The notes under the pieces: model-generated
Told to the model about the DNA's origin: nothing
The model's database searches: none
What the model saw: the letters and a program-made list of their open reading frames with translations, nothing else
Part shown: positions 24,601 to 38,120 of the stretch, in pieces
Position numbering within the stretch: the first letter of the stretch is position 1
Layout: each line of letters opens with the position of its first letter
Origin: Eledone cirrhosa
Taxonomy: Eukaryota
NCBI GenBank assembly: GCA_964016885.1
Contig: OZ024743.1
Location: forward strand, 212,164,001 to 212,228,000
Direction of reading: 5' to 3'
DNA length: 64,000 nucleotides
Made by a program: the position numbers and the translations under genes

Positions 24601-27600
24601 TCCCACCACGGGCGGCCGGCCCACAATCGAAAAGGTTACTCCGCCTGCAAATCGTCATTTTCGGATTCGTTTTCTTCGAAGCACACCATTCGCCGGCGGA
24701 CTTCAGCTGCCTTATTTAGCATGGGCAGTTTTTCTTGAAGATCACACCACACACAGCCAATGAGTGTCTGCACATGTACCAGTAATTAGAGATCGATCCG
24801 ACCACGGGCGGCCGGCCCACGATCGAGAAAAAGGTAACTCCGCCGGCAAATAGTCATTTTTGTGATCCGTTTTCTTCGAAGCACACCATTCGCCGCCGGA
24901 CTTCAGCTGCCTCATTTAGCATGGGCAGTTTTTTTTGAAAATCACACCACACACAACCAATGTGTGTCTGCACATGTACCAGTAATTACAGATCGATCCG
25001 ACCACGGGCGGCCGGCCCGCGATTGAAAAGGTAACTCCGCCGGCAAATCGTCATTTTTGTGATTCGTTTTCTTCGAAGCACACCATTCGCCGCCGGACTT
25101 CAGCTGCCTCATTTAGCATGGGCAGTTTTTTTTGAAAATCACACCACACACAACCAATGTGTGTCTGCACATGTACCAGTAATTACAGATCGATCCCACC
25201 ACGAGTTCAATGTAAACAAACTTACGCTCAACGACTTTGTTGACGTTTAACACGGTTTGGTTCCACAGCCACAACTATTGATTTTAAGGAGATATCTTGC
25301 TGAAATTCACGCCACACATAGCCAATGAGTGTCTGCACATGTACCAGTAAGTACAGATCGATCCGACCACGGACGGCCGGCCCGCGATTGAAAAGGTAAC
25401 TCCGCCGGCAAATCGTCATTTTTGGATTCGTTTTCTTCGAAGCACACCATTCGCCGGCGTACTTTGTTGACGTTTAACACGGTTTGGTTCCACAGCCACA
25501 ACTATTGATTTTAAGGAGATATCTTGCTGAAATTCACGCCACACATAGCCAATGAGTGTCTGCACATGTACCAGTAATTACAGATGGATCCCCCCACGGG
25601 CGGCCGGCCCACAATCGAAAAGGTTACTCCGCCTGCAAATCGTCATTTTCGGATTCGTTTTCTTCGAAGCACACCATTCGCCGGCGGACTTCAGCTGCCT
25701 CATTTAGCATGAGCAGTTTTTCTTGAAGATCACACCACACACAGCCAATGAGTGTCTGCACATGTACCAGTAATTACAGATGGATCCCACCACGGGCGGC
25801 CGGCCCACAATCGAAAAGGTTACTCCGCCTGCAAATCGTCATTTTCGGATTCGTTTTCTTCGAAGCACACCATTCGCCGGCGGACTTCAGCTGCCTCATT
25901 TAGCATGGGCAGTTTTTCTTGAAGATCACACCACACACAGCCAATGAGTGTCTGCACATGTACCAGTAATTACAGATGGATCCCACCACGGGCGGCCGGC
26001 CCACAATTGAAAAGGTTACTCCGCCTGCAAATCGTCATTTTCGGATTCGTTTTCTTCGAAGCACACCATTCGCCGGCGGACTTCAGCTGCCTCATTTAGC
26101 ATGGGCAGTTTTTCTTGAAGATCACACCACACACAGCCAATGAGTGTCTGCACATGTACCAGTAATTAGAGATCGATCCGACCACGGGCGGCCGGCCCAC
26201 GATCGAGGAAAAGGTAACTCCGCCGGCAAATCGTCATTTTTGTGATCCGTTTTCTTCGAAGCACACCATTCGCCGCCGGACTTCAGCTGCCTCATTTAGC
26301 ATGGGCAGTTTTTTTTGAAAATCACACCACACACAACCAATGTGTGTCTGCACATGTACCAGTAATTACAGATCGATCCCACCACGGGCGGCCGGCCCAC
26401 AATCGAAAAGGTTACTCCGCCTGCAAATCGTCATTTTCGGATTCGTTTTCTTCGAAGCACACCATTCGCCGGCGGACTTCAGCTGCCTCATTTAGCATGA
26501 GCAGTTTTTCTTGAAGATCACACCACACACAGCCAATGAGTGTCTGCACATGTACCAGTAATTACAGATGGATCCCCCCACGGGCGGCCGGCCCACAATC
26601 GAAAAGGTTACTCCGCCTGCAAATCGTCATTTTCGGATTCGTTTTCTTCGAAGCACACCATTCGCCGCCGGACTTCAGCTGCCTCATTTAGCATGGGCAG
26701 TTTTTTTTGAAAATCACACCACACACAACCAATGTGTGTCTGCACATGTACCAGTAATTACAGATCGATCCGACCACGGGCGGCCGGCCCGCGATTGAAA
26801 AGGTAACTCCGCCGGCAAATCGTCATTTTTGTGATTCGTTTTCTTCGAAGCACACCATTCGCCGCCGGACTTCAGCTGCCTCATTTAGCATGGGCAGTTT
26901 TTTTTGAAAATCACACCACACACAACCAATGTGTGTCTGCACATGTACCAGTAATTACAGATCGATCCCACCACGAGTTCAATGTAAACAAACTTACGCT
27001 CAACGACTTTGTTGACGTTTAACACGGTTTGGTTCCACAGCCACAACTATTGATTTTAAGGAGATATCTTGCTGAAATTCACGCCACACATAGCCAATGA
27101 GTGTCTGCACATGTACCAGTAATTACAGATCGATCCGACCACGGACGGCCGGCCCGCGATTGAAAAGGTAACTCCGCCGGCAAATCGTCATTTTTGGATT
27201 CGTTTTCTTCGAAGCACACCATTCGCCGGCGTACTTTGTTGACGTTTAACACGGTTTGGTTCCACAGCCACAACTATTGATTTTAAGGAGATATCTTGCT
27301 GAAATTCACGCCACACATAGCCAATGAGTGTCTGCACATGTACCAGTAATTACAGATGGATCCCACCACGGGCGGCCGGCCCACAATCGAAAAGGTTACT
27401 CCGCCTGCAAATCGTCATTTTCGGATTCGTTTTCTTCGAAGCACACCATTCGCCGGCAGATTTCAGCTGCCTCATTTAGCATGGGCAGTTTTTCTTGAAG
27501 ATCACACCACACACAGCCAATGAGTGTCTGCACATGTACCAGTAATTAGAGATCGATCCGACCACGGGCGGCCGGCCCACGATCGAGAAAAAGGTAACTC

Positions 27601-29534
27601 CGCCGGCAAATCGTCATTTTTGTGATCCGTTTTCTTCGAAGCACACCATTCGCCGCCGGACTTCAGCTGCCTCATTTAGCATGGGCAGTTTTTTTTGAAA
27701 ATCACACCACACACAACCAATGTGTGTCTGCACATGTACCAGTAATTACAGATCGATCCCACCACGGGCGGCCGGCCCACAATCGAAAAGGTTACTCCGC
27801 CTGCAAATCGTCATTTTCGGATTCGTTTTCTTCGAAGCACACCATTCGCCGGCGGACTTCAGCTGCCTCATTTAGCATGAGCAGTTTTTCTTGAAGATCA
27901 CACCACACACAGCCAATGAGTGTCTGCACATGTACCAGTAATTACAGATGGATCCCCCCACGGGCGGCCGGCCCACAATCGAAAAGGTTACTCCGCCTGC
28001 AAATCGTCATTTTCGGATTCGTTTTCTTCGAAGCACACCATTCGCCGGCGGACTTCAGCTGCCTCATTTAGCATGAGCAGTTTTTCTTGAAGATCACACC
28101 ACACACAGCCAATGAGTGTCTGCACATGTACCAGTAATTACAGATGGATCCCACCACGGGCGGCCGGCCCACAATCGAAAAGGTTACTCCGCCTGCAAAT
28201 CGTCATTTTCGGATTCGTTTTCTTCGAAGCACACCATTCGCCGGCGGACTTCAGCTGCCTTATTTAGCATGGGCAGTTTTTCTTGAAGATCACACCACAC
28301 ACAGCCAATGAGTGTCTGCACATGTACCAGTAATTAGAGATCGATCCGACCACGGGCGGCCGGCCCACGATCGAGAAAAAGGTAACTCCGCCGGCAAATC
28401 GTCATTTTTGTGATCCGTTTTCTTCGAAGCACACCATTCGCCGCCGGACTTCAGCTGCCTCATTTAGCATGGGCAGTTTTTTTTGAAAATCACACCACAA
28501 ACAACCAATTTGTGTCTGCACATGTACCAGTAATTACAGATCGATCCGACCACGGGCGGCCGGCCCGCGATTGAAAAGGTAACTCCGCCGGCAAATCGTC
28601 ATTTTTGGATTCGTTTTCTTCGAAGCACACCATTCGCCGGCGTACTTTGTTGACGTTTAACACGGTTTGGTTCCACAGCCACAACTATTGATTTTAAGGA
28701 GATATCTTGCTGAAATTCACGCCACACATAGCCAATGAGTGTCTGCACATGTACCAGTAATTACAGATGGATCCCACCACGGGCGGCCGGCCCACAATCG
28801 AAAAGGTTACTCCGCCTGCAAATCGTCATTTTCGGATTCGTTTTCTTCGAAGCACACCATTCGCCGGCGGACTTCAGCTGCCTCATTTAGCATGAGCAGT
28901 TTTTCTTGAAGATCACACCACACACAGCCAATGAGTGTCTGCACATGTACCAGTAATTACAGATGGATCCCACCACGGGCGGCCGGCCCACAATCGAAAA
29001 GGTTACTCCGCCTGCAAATCGTCATTTTCGGATTCGTTTTCTTCGAAGCACACCATTCGCCGGCGGACTTCAGCTGCCTTATTTAGCATGGGCAGTTTTT
29101 CTTGAAGATCACACCACACACAGCCAATGAGTGTCTGCACATGTACCAGTAATTAGAGATCGATCCGACCACGGGCGGCCGGCCCACGATCGAGAAAAAG
29201 GTAACTCCGCCGGCAAATAGTCATTTTTGTGATCCGTTTTCTTCGAAGCACACCATTCGCCGCCGGACTTCAGCTGCCTCATTTAGCATGGGCAGTTTTT
29301 TTTGAAAATCACACCACACACAACCAATGTGTGTCTGCACATGTACCAGTAATTACAGATCGATCCGACCACGGGCGGCCGGCCCGCGATTGAAAAGGTA
29401 ACTCCGCCGGCAAATCGTCATTTTTGTGATTCGTTTTCTTCGAAGCACACCATTCGCCGCCGGACTTCAGCTGCCTCATTTAGCATGGGCAGTTTTTTTT
29501 GAAAATCACACCACACACAACCAATGTGTGTCTG

Positions 29535-32500
29535 CACATGTACCAGTAATTACAGATCGATCCCACCACGAGTTCAATGTAAACAAACTTACGCTCAACG
29601 ACTTTGTTGACGTTTAACACGGTTTGGTTCCACAGCCACAACTATTGATTTTAAGGAGATATCTTGCTGAAATTCACGCCACACATAGCCAATGAGTGTC
29701 TGCACATGTACCAGTAATTACAGATCGATCCGACCACGGACGGCCGGCCCGCGATTGAAAAGGTAACTCCGCCGGCAAATCGTCATTTTTGGATTCGTTT
29801 TCTTCGAAGCACACCATTCGCCGGCGTACTTTGTTGACGTTTAACACGGTTTGGTTCCACAGCCACAACTATTGATTTTAAGGAGATATCTTGCTGAAAT
29901 TCACGCCACACATAGCCAATGAGTGTCTGCACATGTACCAGTAATTACAGATGGATCCCACCACGGGCGGCCGGCCCACAATCGAAAAGGTTACTCCGCC
30001 TGCAAATCGTCATTTTCGGATTCGTTTTCTTCGAAGCACACCATTCGCCGGCGGACTTCAGCTGCCTCATTTAGCATGGGCAGTTTTTCTTGAAGATCAC
30101 ACCACACACAGCCAATGAGTGTCTGCACATGTACCAGTAATTAGAGATCGATCCGACCACGGGCGGCCGGCCCACGATCGAGAAAAAGGTAACTCCGCCG
30201 GCAAATCGTCATTTTTGTGATCCGTTTTCTTCGAAGCACACCATTCGCCGCCGGACTTCAGCTGCCTCATTTAGCATGGGCAGTTTTTTTTGAAAATCAC
30301 ACCACACACAACCAATGTGTGTCTGCACATGTACCAGTAATTACAGATCGATCCCACCACGGGCGGCCGGCCCACAATCGAAAAGGTTACTCCGCCTGCA
30401 AATCGTCATTTTCGGATTCGTTTTCTTCGAAGCACACCATTCGCCGGCGGACTTCAGCTGCCTCATTTAGCATGAGCAGTTTTTCTTGAAGATCACACCA
30501 CACACAGCCAATGAGTGTCTGCACATGTACCAGTAATTACAGATCGATCCGACCACGGGCGGCCGGCCCGCGATTGAAAAGGTAACTCCGCCGGCAAATC
30601 GTCATTTTTGTGATTCGTTTTCTTCGAAGCACAACATTCGCCGCCGGACTTCAGCTGCCTCATTTAGCATGGGCAGTTTTTTTTGAAAATCACACCACAC
30701 ACAACCAATGTGTGTCTGCACATGTACCAGTAATTACAGATCGATCCCACCACGAGTTCAATGTAAACTAACTTACGCTCAACGACTTTGTTGACGTTTA
30801 ACACGGTTTGGTTCCACAGCCACAACTATTGATTTTAAGGAGATATCTTGCTGAAATTCACGCCACACATAGCCAATGAGTGTCTGCACATGTACCAGTA
30901 ATTACAGATCGATCCGACCACGGACGGCCGGCCCGCGATTGAAAAGGTAACTCCGCCGGCAAATCGTCATTTTTGGATTCGTTTTCTTCGAAGCACACCA
31001 TTCGCCGGCGTACTTTGTTGACGTTTAACACGGTTTGGTTCCACAGCCACAACTATTGATTTTAAGGAGATATCTTGCTGAAATTCACGCCACACATAGC
31101 CAATGAGTGTCTGCACATGTACCAGTAATTACAGATGGATCCCACCACGGGCGGCCGGCCCACAATCGAAAAGGTTACTCCGCCTGCAAATCGTCATTTT
31201 CGGATTCGTTTTCTTCGAAGCACACCATTCGCCGGCGGACTTCAGCTGCCTCATTTAGCATGGGCAGTTTTTCTTGAAGATCACACCACACACAGCCAAT
31301 GAGTGTCTGCACATGTACCAGTAATTAGAGATCGATCCGACCACGGGCGGCCGGCCCACGATCGAGAAAAAGGTAACTCCGCCGGCAAATCGTCATTTTT
31401 GTGATCCGTTTTCTTCGAAGCACACCATTCGCCGCCGGACTTCAGCTGCCTCATTTAGCATGGGCAGTTTTTTTTGAAAATCACACCACACACAACCAAT
31501 GTGTGTCTGCACATGTACCAGTAATTACAGATCGATCCCACCACGGGCGGCCGGCCCACAATCGAAAAGGTTACTCCGCCTGCAAATCGTCATTTTCGGA
31601 TTCGTTTTCTTCGAAGCACACCATTCGCCGGCGGACTTCAGCTGCCTCATTTAGCATGAGCAGTTTTTCTTGAAGATCACACCACACACAGCCAATGAGT
31701 GTCTGCACATGTACCAGTAATTACAGATCGATCCGACCACGGGCGGCCGGCCCGCGATTGAAAAGGTAACTCCGCCGGCAAATCGTCATTTTTGTGATTC
31801 GTTTTCTTCGAAGCACAACATTCGCCGCCGGACTTCAGCTGCCTCATTTAGCATGGGCAGTTTTTTTTGAAAATCACACCACACACAACCAATGTGTGTC
31901 TGCACATGTACCAGTAATTACAGATCGATCCCACCACGAGTTCAATGTAAACTAACTTACGCTCAACGACTTTGTTGACGTTTAACACGGTTTGGTTCCA
32001 CAGCCACAACTATTGATTTTAAGGAGATATCTTGCTGAAATTCACGCCACACATAGCCAATGAGTGTCTGCACATGTACCAGTAATTACAGATGGATCCC
32101 ACCACGGGCGGCCGGCCCACAATCGAAAAGGTTACTCCGCCTGCAAATCGTCATTTTCGGATTCGTTTTCTTCGAAGCACACCATTCGCCGGCGGACTTC
32201 AGCTGCCTCATTTAGCATGGGCAGTTTTTCTTGAAGATCACACCACACACAGCCAATGAGTGTCTGCACATGTACCAGTAATTAGAGATCGATCCGACCA
32301 CGGGCGGCCGGCCCACGATCGAGAAAAAGGTAACTCCGCCGGCAAATCGTCATTTTTGTGATCCGTTTTCTTCGAAGCACACCATTCGCCGCCGGACTTC
32401 AGCTGCCTCATTTAGCATGGGCAGTTTTTTTTGAAAATCACACCACACACAACCAATGTGTGTCTGCACATGTACCAGTAATTACAGATCGATCCCACCA

Positions 32501-34043
32501 CGGGCGGCCGGCCCACAATCGAAAAGGTTACTCCGCCTGCAAATCGTCATTTTCGGATTCGTTTTCTTCGAAGCACACCATTCGCCGGCGGACTTCAGCT
32601 GCCTCATTTAGCATGAGCAGTTTTTCTTGAAGATCACACCACACACAGCCAATGAGTGTCTGCACATGTACCAGTAATTACAGATCGATCCGACCACGGG
32701 CGGCCGGCCCGCGATTGAAAAGGTAACTCCGCCGGCAAATCGTCATTTTTGTGATTCGTTTTCTTCGAAGCACAACATTCGCCGCCGGACTTCAGCTGCC
32801 TCATTTAGCATGGGCAGTTTTTTTTGAAAATCACACCACACACAACCAATGTGTGTCTGCACATGTACCAGTAATTACAGATCGATCCCACCACGAGTTC
32901 AATGTAAACAAACTTACGCTCAACGACTTTGTTGACGTTTAACACGGTTTGGTTCCACAGCCACAACTATTGATTTTAAGGAGATATCTTGCTGAAATTC
33001 ACGCCACACATAGCCAATGAGTGTCTGCACATGTACCAGTAATTACAGATCGATCCGACCACGGACGGCCGGCCCGCGATTGAAAAGGTAACTCCGCCGG
33101 CAAATCGTCATTTTTGGATTCGTTTTCTTCGAAGCACACCATTCGCCGGCGTACTTTGTTGACGTTTAACACGGTTTGGTTCCACAGCCACAACTATTGA
33201 TTTTAAGGAGATATCTTGCTGAAATTCACGCCACACATAGCCAATGAGTGTCTGCACATGTACCAGTAATTACAGATGGATCCCACCACGGGCGGCCGGC
33301 CCACAATCGAAAAGGTTACTCCGCCTGCAAATCGTCATTTTCGGATTCGTTTTCTTCGAAGCACACCATTCGCCGGCGGACTTCAGCTGCCTCATTTAGC
33401 ATGGGCAGTTTTTCTTGAAGATCACACCACACACAGCCAATGAGTGTCTGCACATGTACCAGTAATTAGAGATCGATCCGACCACGGGCGGCCGGCCCAC
33501 GATCGAGAAAAAGGTAACTCCGCCGGCAAATCGTCATTTTTGTGATCCGTTTTCTTCGAAGCACACCATTCGCCGCCGGACTTCAGCTGCCTCATTTAGC
33601 ATGGGCAGTTTTTTTTGAAAATCACACCACACACAACCAATGTGTGTCTGCACATGTACCAGTAATTACAGATCGATCCCACCACGGGCGGCCGGCCCAC
33701 AATCGAAAAGGTTACTCCGCCTGCAAATCGTCATTTTCGGATTCGTTTTCTTCGAAGCACACCATTCGCCGGCGGACTTCAGCTGCCTCATTTAGCATGA
33801 GCAGTTTTTCTTGAAGATCACACCACACACAGCCAATGAGTGTCTGCACATGTACCAGTAATTACAGATCGATCCGACCACGGGCGGCCGGCCCGCGATT
33901 GAAAAGGTAACTCCGCCGGCAAATCGTCATTTTTGTGATTCGTTTTCTTCGAAGCACAACATTCGCCGCCGGACTTCAGCTGCCTCATTTAGCATGGGCA
34001 GTTTTTTTTGAAAATCACACCACACACAACCAATGTGTGTCTG
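29535..34043. repeat. 1184-bp 6-mer higher-order repeat (D-E-A-B-A'-C), 4 units, the third lacking E (957 bp)
   Basis: D monomers at 29535, 30719, 31903 and 32860. The C monomer closing each unit carries the local variant GCACAACATT. Confidence 0.88.
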
Positions 34044-37000
34044 CACATGTACCAGTAATTACAGATCGATCCGACCACGGGCGGCCGGCCCGCGATTGAA
34101 AAGGTAACTCCGCCGGCAAATCGTCATTTTTGTGATTCGTTTTCTTCGAAGCACACCATTCGCCGCCGGACTTCAGCTGCCTCATTTAGCATGGGCAGTT
34201 TTTTTTGAAAATCACACCACACACAACCAATGTGTGTCTGCACATGTACCAGTAATTACAGATCGATCCCACCACGAGTTCAATGTAAACAAACTTACGC
34301 TCAACGACTTTGTTGACGTTTAACACGGTTTGGTTCCACAGCCACAACTATTGATTTTACGGAGATATCTTGCTGAAATTCACGCCACACATAGCCAATG
34401 AGTGTCTGCACATCTACCAGTAATTACAGATGGATCCCACCACGGGCGGCCGGCCCACAATCGAAACGGTTACTCCGCCTGCAAATCGTCATTTTCGGAT
34501 TCGTTTTCTTCGAAGCACACCATTCGCCGGCGGACTTCAGCTGCCTCATTTAGCATGAGCAGTTTTTCTTGAAGATCACACCACACACAGCCAATGAGTG
34601 TCTGCACATGTACCAGTAATTACAGATGGATCCCACCACGGGCGGCCGGCCCACAATCGAAAAGGTTACTCCGCCTGCAAATCGTCATTTTCGGATTCGT
34701 TTTCTTCGAAGCACACCATTCGCCGGCGGACTTCAGCTGCCTCATTTAGCATGGGCAGTTTTTCTTGAAGATCACACCACACACAGCCAATGAGTGTCTG
34801 CACATGTACCAGTAATTAGAGATCGATCCGACCACGGGCGGCCGGCCCACGATCGAGAAAAAGGTAACTCCGCCGGCAAATCGTCATTTTTGTGATCCGT
34901 TTTCTTCGAAGCACACCATTCGCCGCCGGACTTCAGCTGCCTCATTTAGCATGGGCAGTTTTTTTTGAAAATCACACCACACACAACCAATGTGTGTCTG
35001 CACATGTACCAGTAATTACAGATCGATCCCACCACGGGCGGCCGGCCCACAATCGAAAAGGTTACTCCGCCTGCAAATCGTCATTTTCGGATTCGTTTTC
35101 TTCGAAGCACACCATTCGCCGGCGGACTTCAGCTGCCTCATTTAGCATGAGCAGTTTTTCTTGAAGATCACACCACACACAGCCAATGAGTGTCTGCACA
35201 TGTACCAGTAATTACAGATGGATCCCCCCACGGGCGGCCGGCCCACAATCGAAAAGGTTACTCCGCCTGCAAATCGTCATTTTCGGATTCGTTTTCTTCG
35301 AAGCACACCATTCGCCGGCGGACTTCAGCTGCCTCATTTAGCATGAGCAGTTTTTCTTGAAGATCACACCACACACAGCCAATGAGTGTCTGCACATGTA
35401 CCAGTAATTACAGATGGATCCCACCACGGGCGGCCGGCCCACAATCGAAAAGGTTACTCCGCCTGCAAATCGTCATTTTCGGATTCGTTTTCTTCGAAGC
35501 ACACCATTCGCCGGCGGACTTCAGCTGCCTCATTTAGCATGGGCAGCTTTTCTTGAAGATCACACCACACACAGCCAATGAGTGTCTGCACATGTACCAG
35601 TAATTACAGATGGATCCCACCACGGGCGGCCGGCCCACAATCGAAAAGGTTACTCCGCCTGCAAATCGTCATTTTCGGATTCGTTTTCTTCGAAGCACAC
35701 CATTCGCCGGCGGACTTCAGCTGCCTCATTTAGCATGGGCAGTTTTTCTTGAAGATCACACCACACACAGCCAATGAGTGTCTGCACATGTACCAGTAAT
35801 TAGAGATCGATCCGACCACGGGCGGCCGGCCCACGATCGAGAAAAAGGTAACTCCGCCGGCAAATCGTCATTTTTGTGATCCGTTTTCTTCGAAGCACAC
35901 CATTCGCCGCCGGACTTCAGCTGCCTCATTTAGCATGGGCAGTTTTTTTTGAAAATCACACCACACACAACCAATGTGTGTCTGCACATGTACCAGTAAT
36001 TACAGATCGATCCGACCACGGGCGGCCGGCCCGCGATTTAAAAGGTAACTCCGCCAGCAAATCGTCATTTTTGTGATTCGTTTTCTTCGAAGCACACAAT
36101 TCGCCGCCGGACTTCAGCTGCCTCATTTAGCATGGGCAGTTTTTTTTGAAAATCACACCACACACAACCAATGTGTGTCTGCACATGTACCAGTAATTAC
36201 AGATCGATCCCACCACGAGTTCAATGTAAACAAACTTACGCTCAACGACTTTGTTGACGTTTAACACGGTTTGGTTCCACAGCCACAACTATTGATTTTA
36301 AGGAGATATCTTGCTGAAATTCACGCCACACATAGCCAATGAGTGTCTGCACATGTACCAGTAATTAGAGATCGATCCGACCACGGGCGGCCGGCCCACG
36401 ATCGAGGAAAAGGTAACTCCGCCGGCAAATCGTCATTTTTGTGATCCGTTTTCTTCGAAGCACACCATTCGCCGCCGGACTTCAGCTGCCTCATTTAGCA
36501 TGGGCAGTTTTTTTTGAAAATCACACCACACACAACCAATGTGTGTCTGCACATGTACCAGTAATTACAGATCGATCCCACCACGGGCGGCCGGCCCACA
36601 ATCGAAAAGGTTACTCCGCCTGCAAATCGTCATTTTCGGATTCGTTTTCTTCGAAGCACACCATTCGCCGGCGGACTTCAGCTGCCTCATTTAGCATGAG
36701 CAGTTTTTCTTGAAGATCACACCACACACAGCCAATGAGTGTCTGCACATGTACCAGTAATTACAGATGGATCCCCCCACGGGCGGCCGGCCCACAATCG
36801 AAAAGGTTACTCCGCCTGCAAATCGTCATTTTCGGATTCGTTTTCTTCGAAGCACACCATTCGCCGGCGGACTTCAGCTGCCTCATTTAGCATGAGCAGT
36901 TTTTCTTGAAGATCACACCACACACAGCCAATGAGTGTCTGCACATGTACCAGTAATTACAGATGGATCCCACCACGGGCGGCCGGCCCACAATCGAAAA

Positions 37001-37500
37001 GGTTACTCCGCCTGCAAATCGTCATTTTCGGATTCGTTTTCTTCGAAGCACACCATTCGCCGGCGGACTTCAGCTGCCTTATTTAGCATGGGCAGTTTTT
37101 CTTGAAAATCACACCACACACAACCAATGTGTGTCTGCACATGTACCAGTAATTACAGATCGATCCCACCACGAGTTCAATGTAAACAAACTTACGCTCA
37201 ACGACTTTGTTGACGTTTAACACGGTTTGGTTCCACAGCCACAACTATTGATTTTAAGGAGATATCTTGCTGAAATTCACGCCACACATAGCCAATGAGT
37301 GTCTGCACATGTACCAGTAATTACAGATCGATCCGACCACGGACGGCCGGCCCGCGATTGAAAAGGTAACTCCGCCGGCAAATCGTCATTTTTGGATTCG
37401 TTTTCTTCGAAGCACACCATTCGCCGGCGTACTTTGTTGACGTTTAACACGGTTTGGTTCCACAGCCACAACTATTGATTTTAAGGAGATATCTTGCTGA
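34044..37500. repeat. Dispersed third copy of part of the 6249-bp unit (matches ~5216-8870, one A monomer shorter)
   Basis: Same rare variants in the same order (TTTTACGGAG, CACATCTACC, GAAACGG, GATTTAAAAGG with CCGCCAGC, D followed directly by B, CCTTATT-A followed by D-E). Offset is 28828, then 28632 bp. Confidence 0.85.
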
Positions 37501-38120
37501 AAATCACACCACACACAACCAATGTGTGTCTGCACATGTACCAGTAATTACAGATCGATCCCACCACGGGCGGCCGGCCCACAATCGAAAAGGTTACTCC
37601 GCCTGCAAATCGTCATTTTCGGATTCGTTTTCTTCGAAGCACACCATTCGCCGGCGGACTTCAGCTGCCTCATTTAGCATGAGCAGTTTTTCTTGAAGAT
37701 CACACCACACACAGCCAATGAGTGTCTGCACATGTACCAGTACTTACAGATCGATCCCACCACGGGCGGCCGGCCCACAATCGAAAAGGTTACTCCGCCT
37801 GCAAATCGTCATTTTCGGATTCGTTTTCTTCGAAGCACACCATTCGCCGGCGGACTTCAGCTGCCTCATTTAGCATGAGCAGTTTTTCTTGAAGATCACA
37901 CCACACACAGCCAATGAGTGTCTGCACATGTACCAGTAATTACAGATGGATCCCCCCACGGGCGGCCGGCCCACAATCGAAAAGGTTACTCCGCCTGCAA
38001 ATCGTCATTTTCGGATTCGTTTTCTTCGAAGCACACCATTCGCCGGCGGACTTCAGCTGCCTCATTTAGCATGAGCAGTTTTTCTTGAAGATCACACCAC
38101 ACACAGCCAATGAGTGTCTG

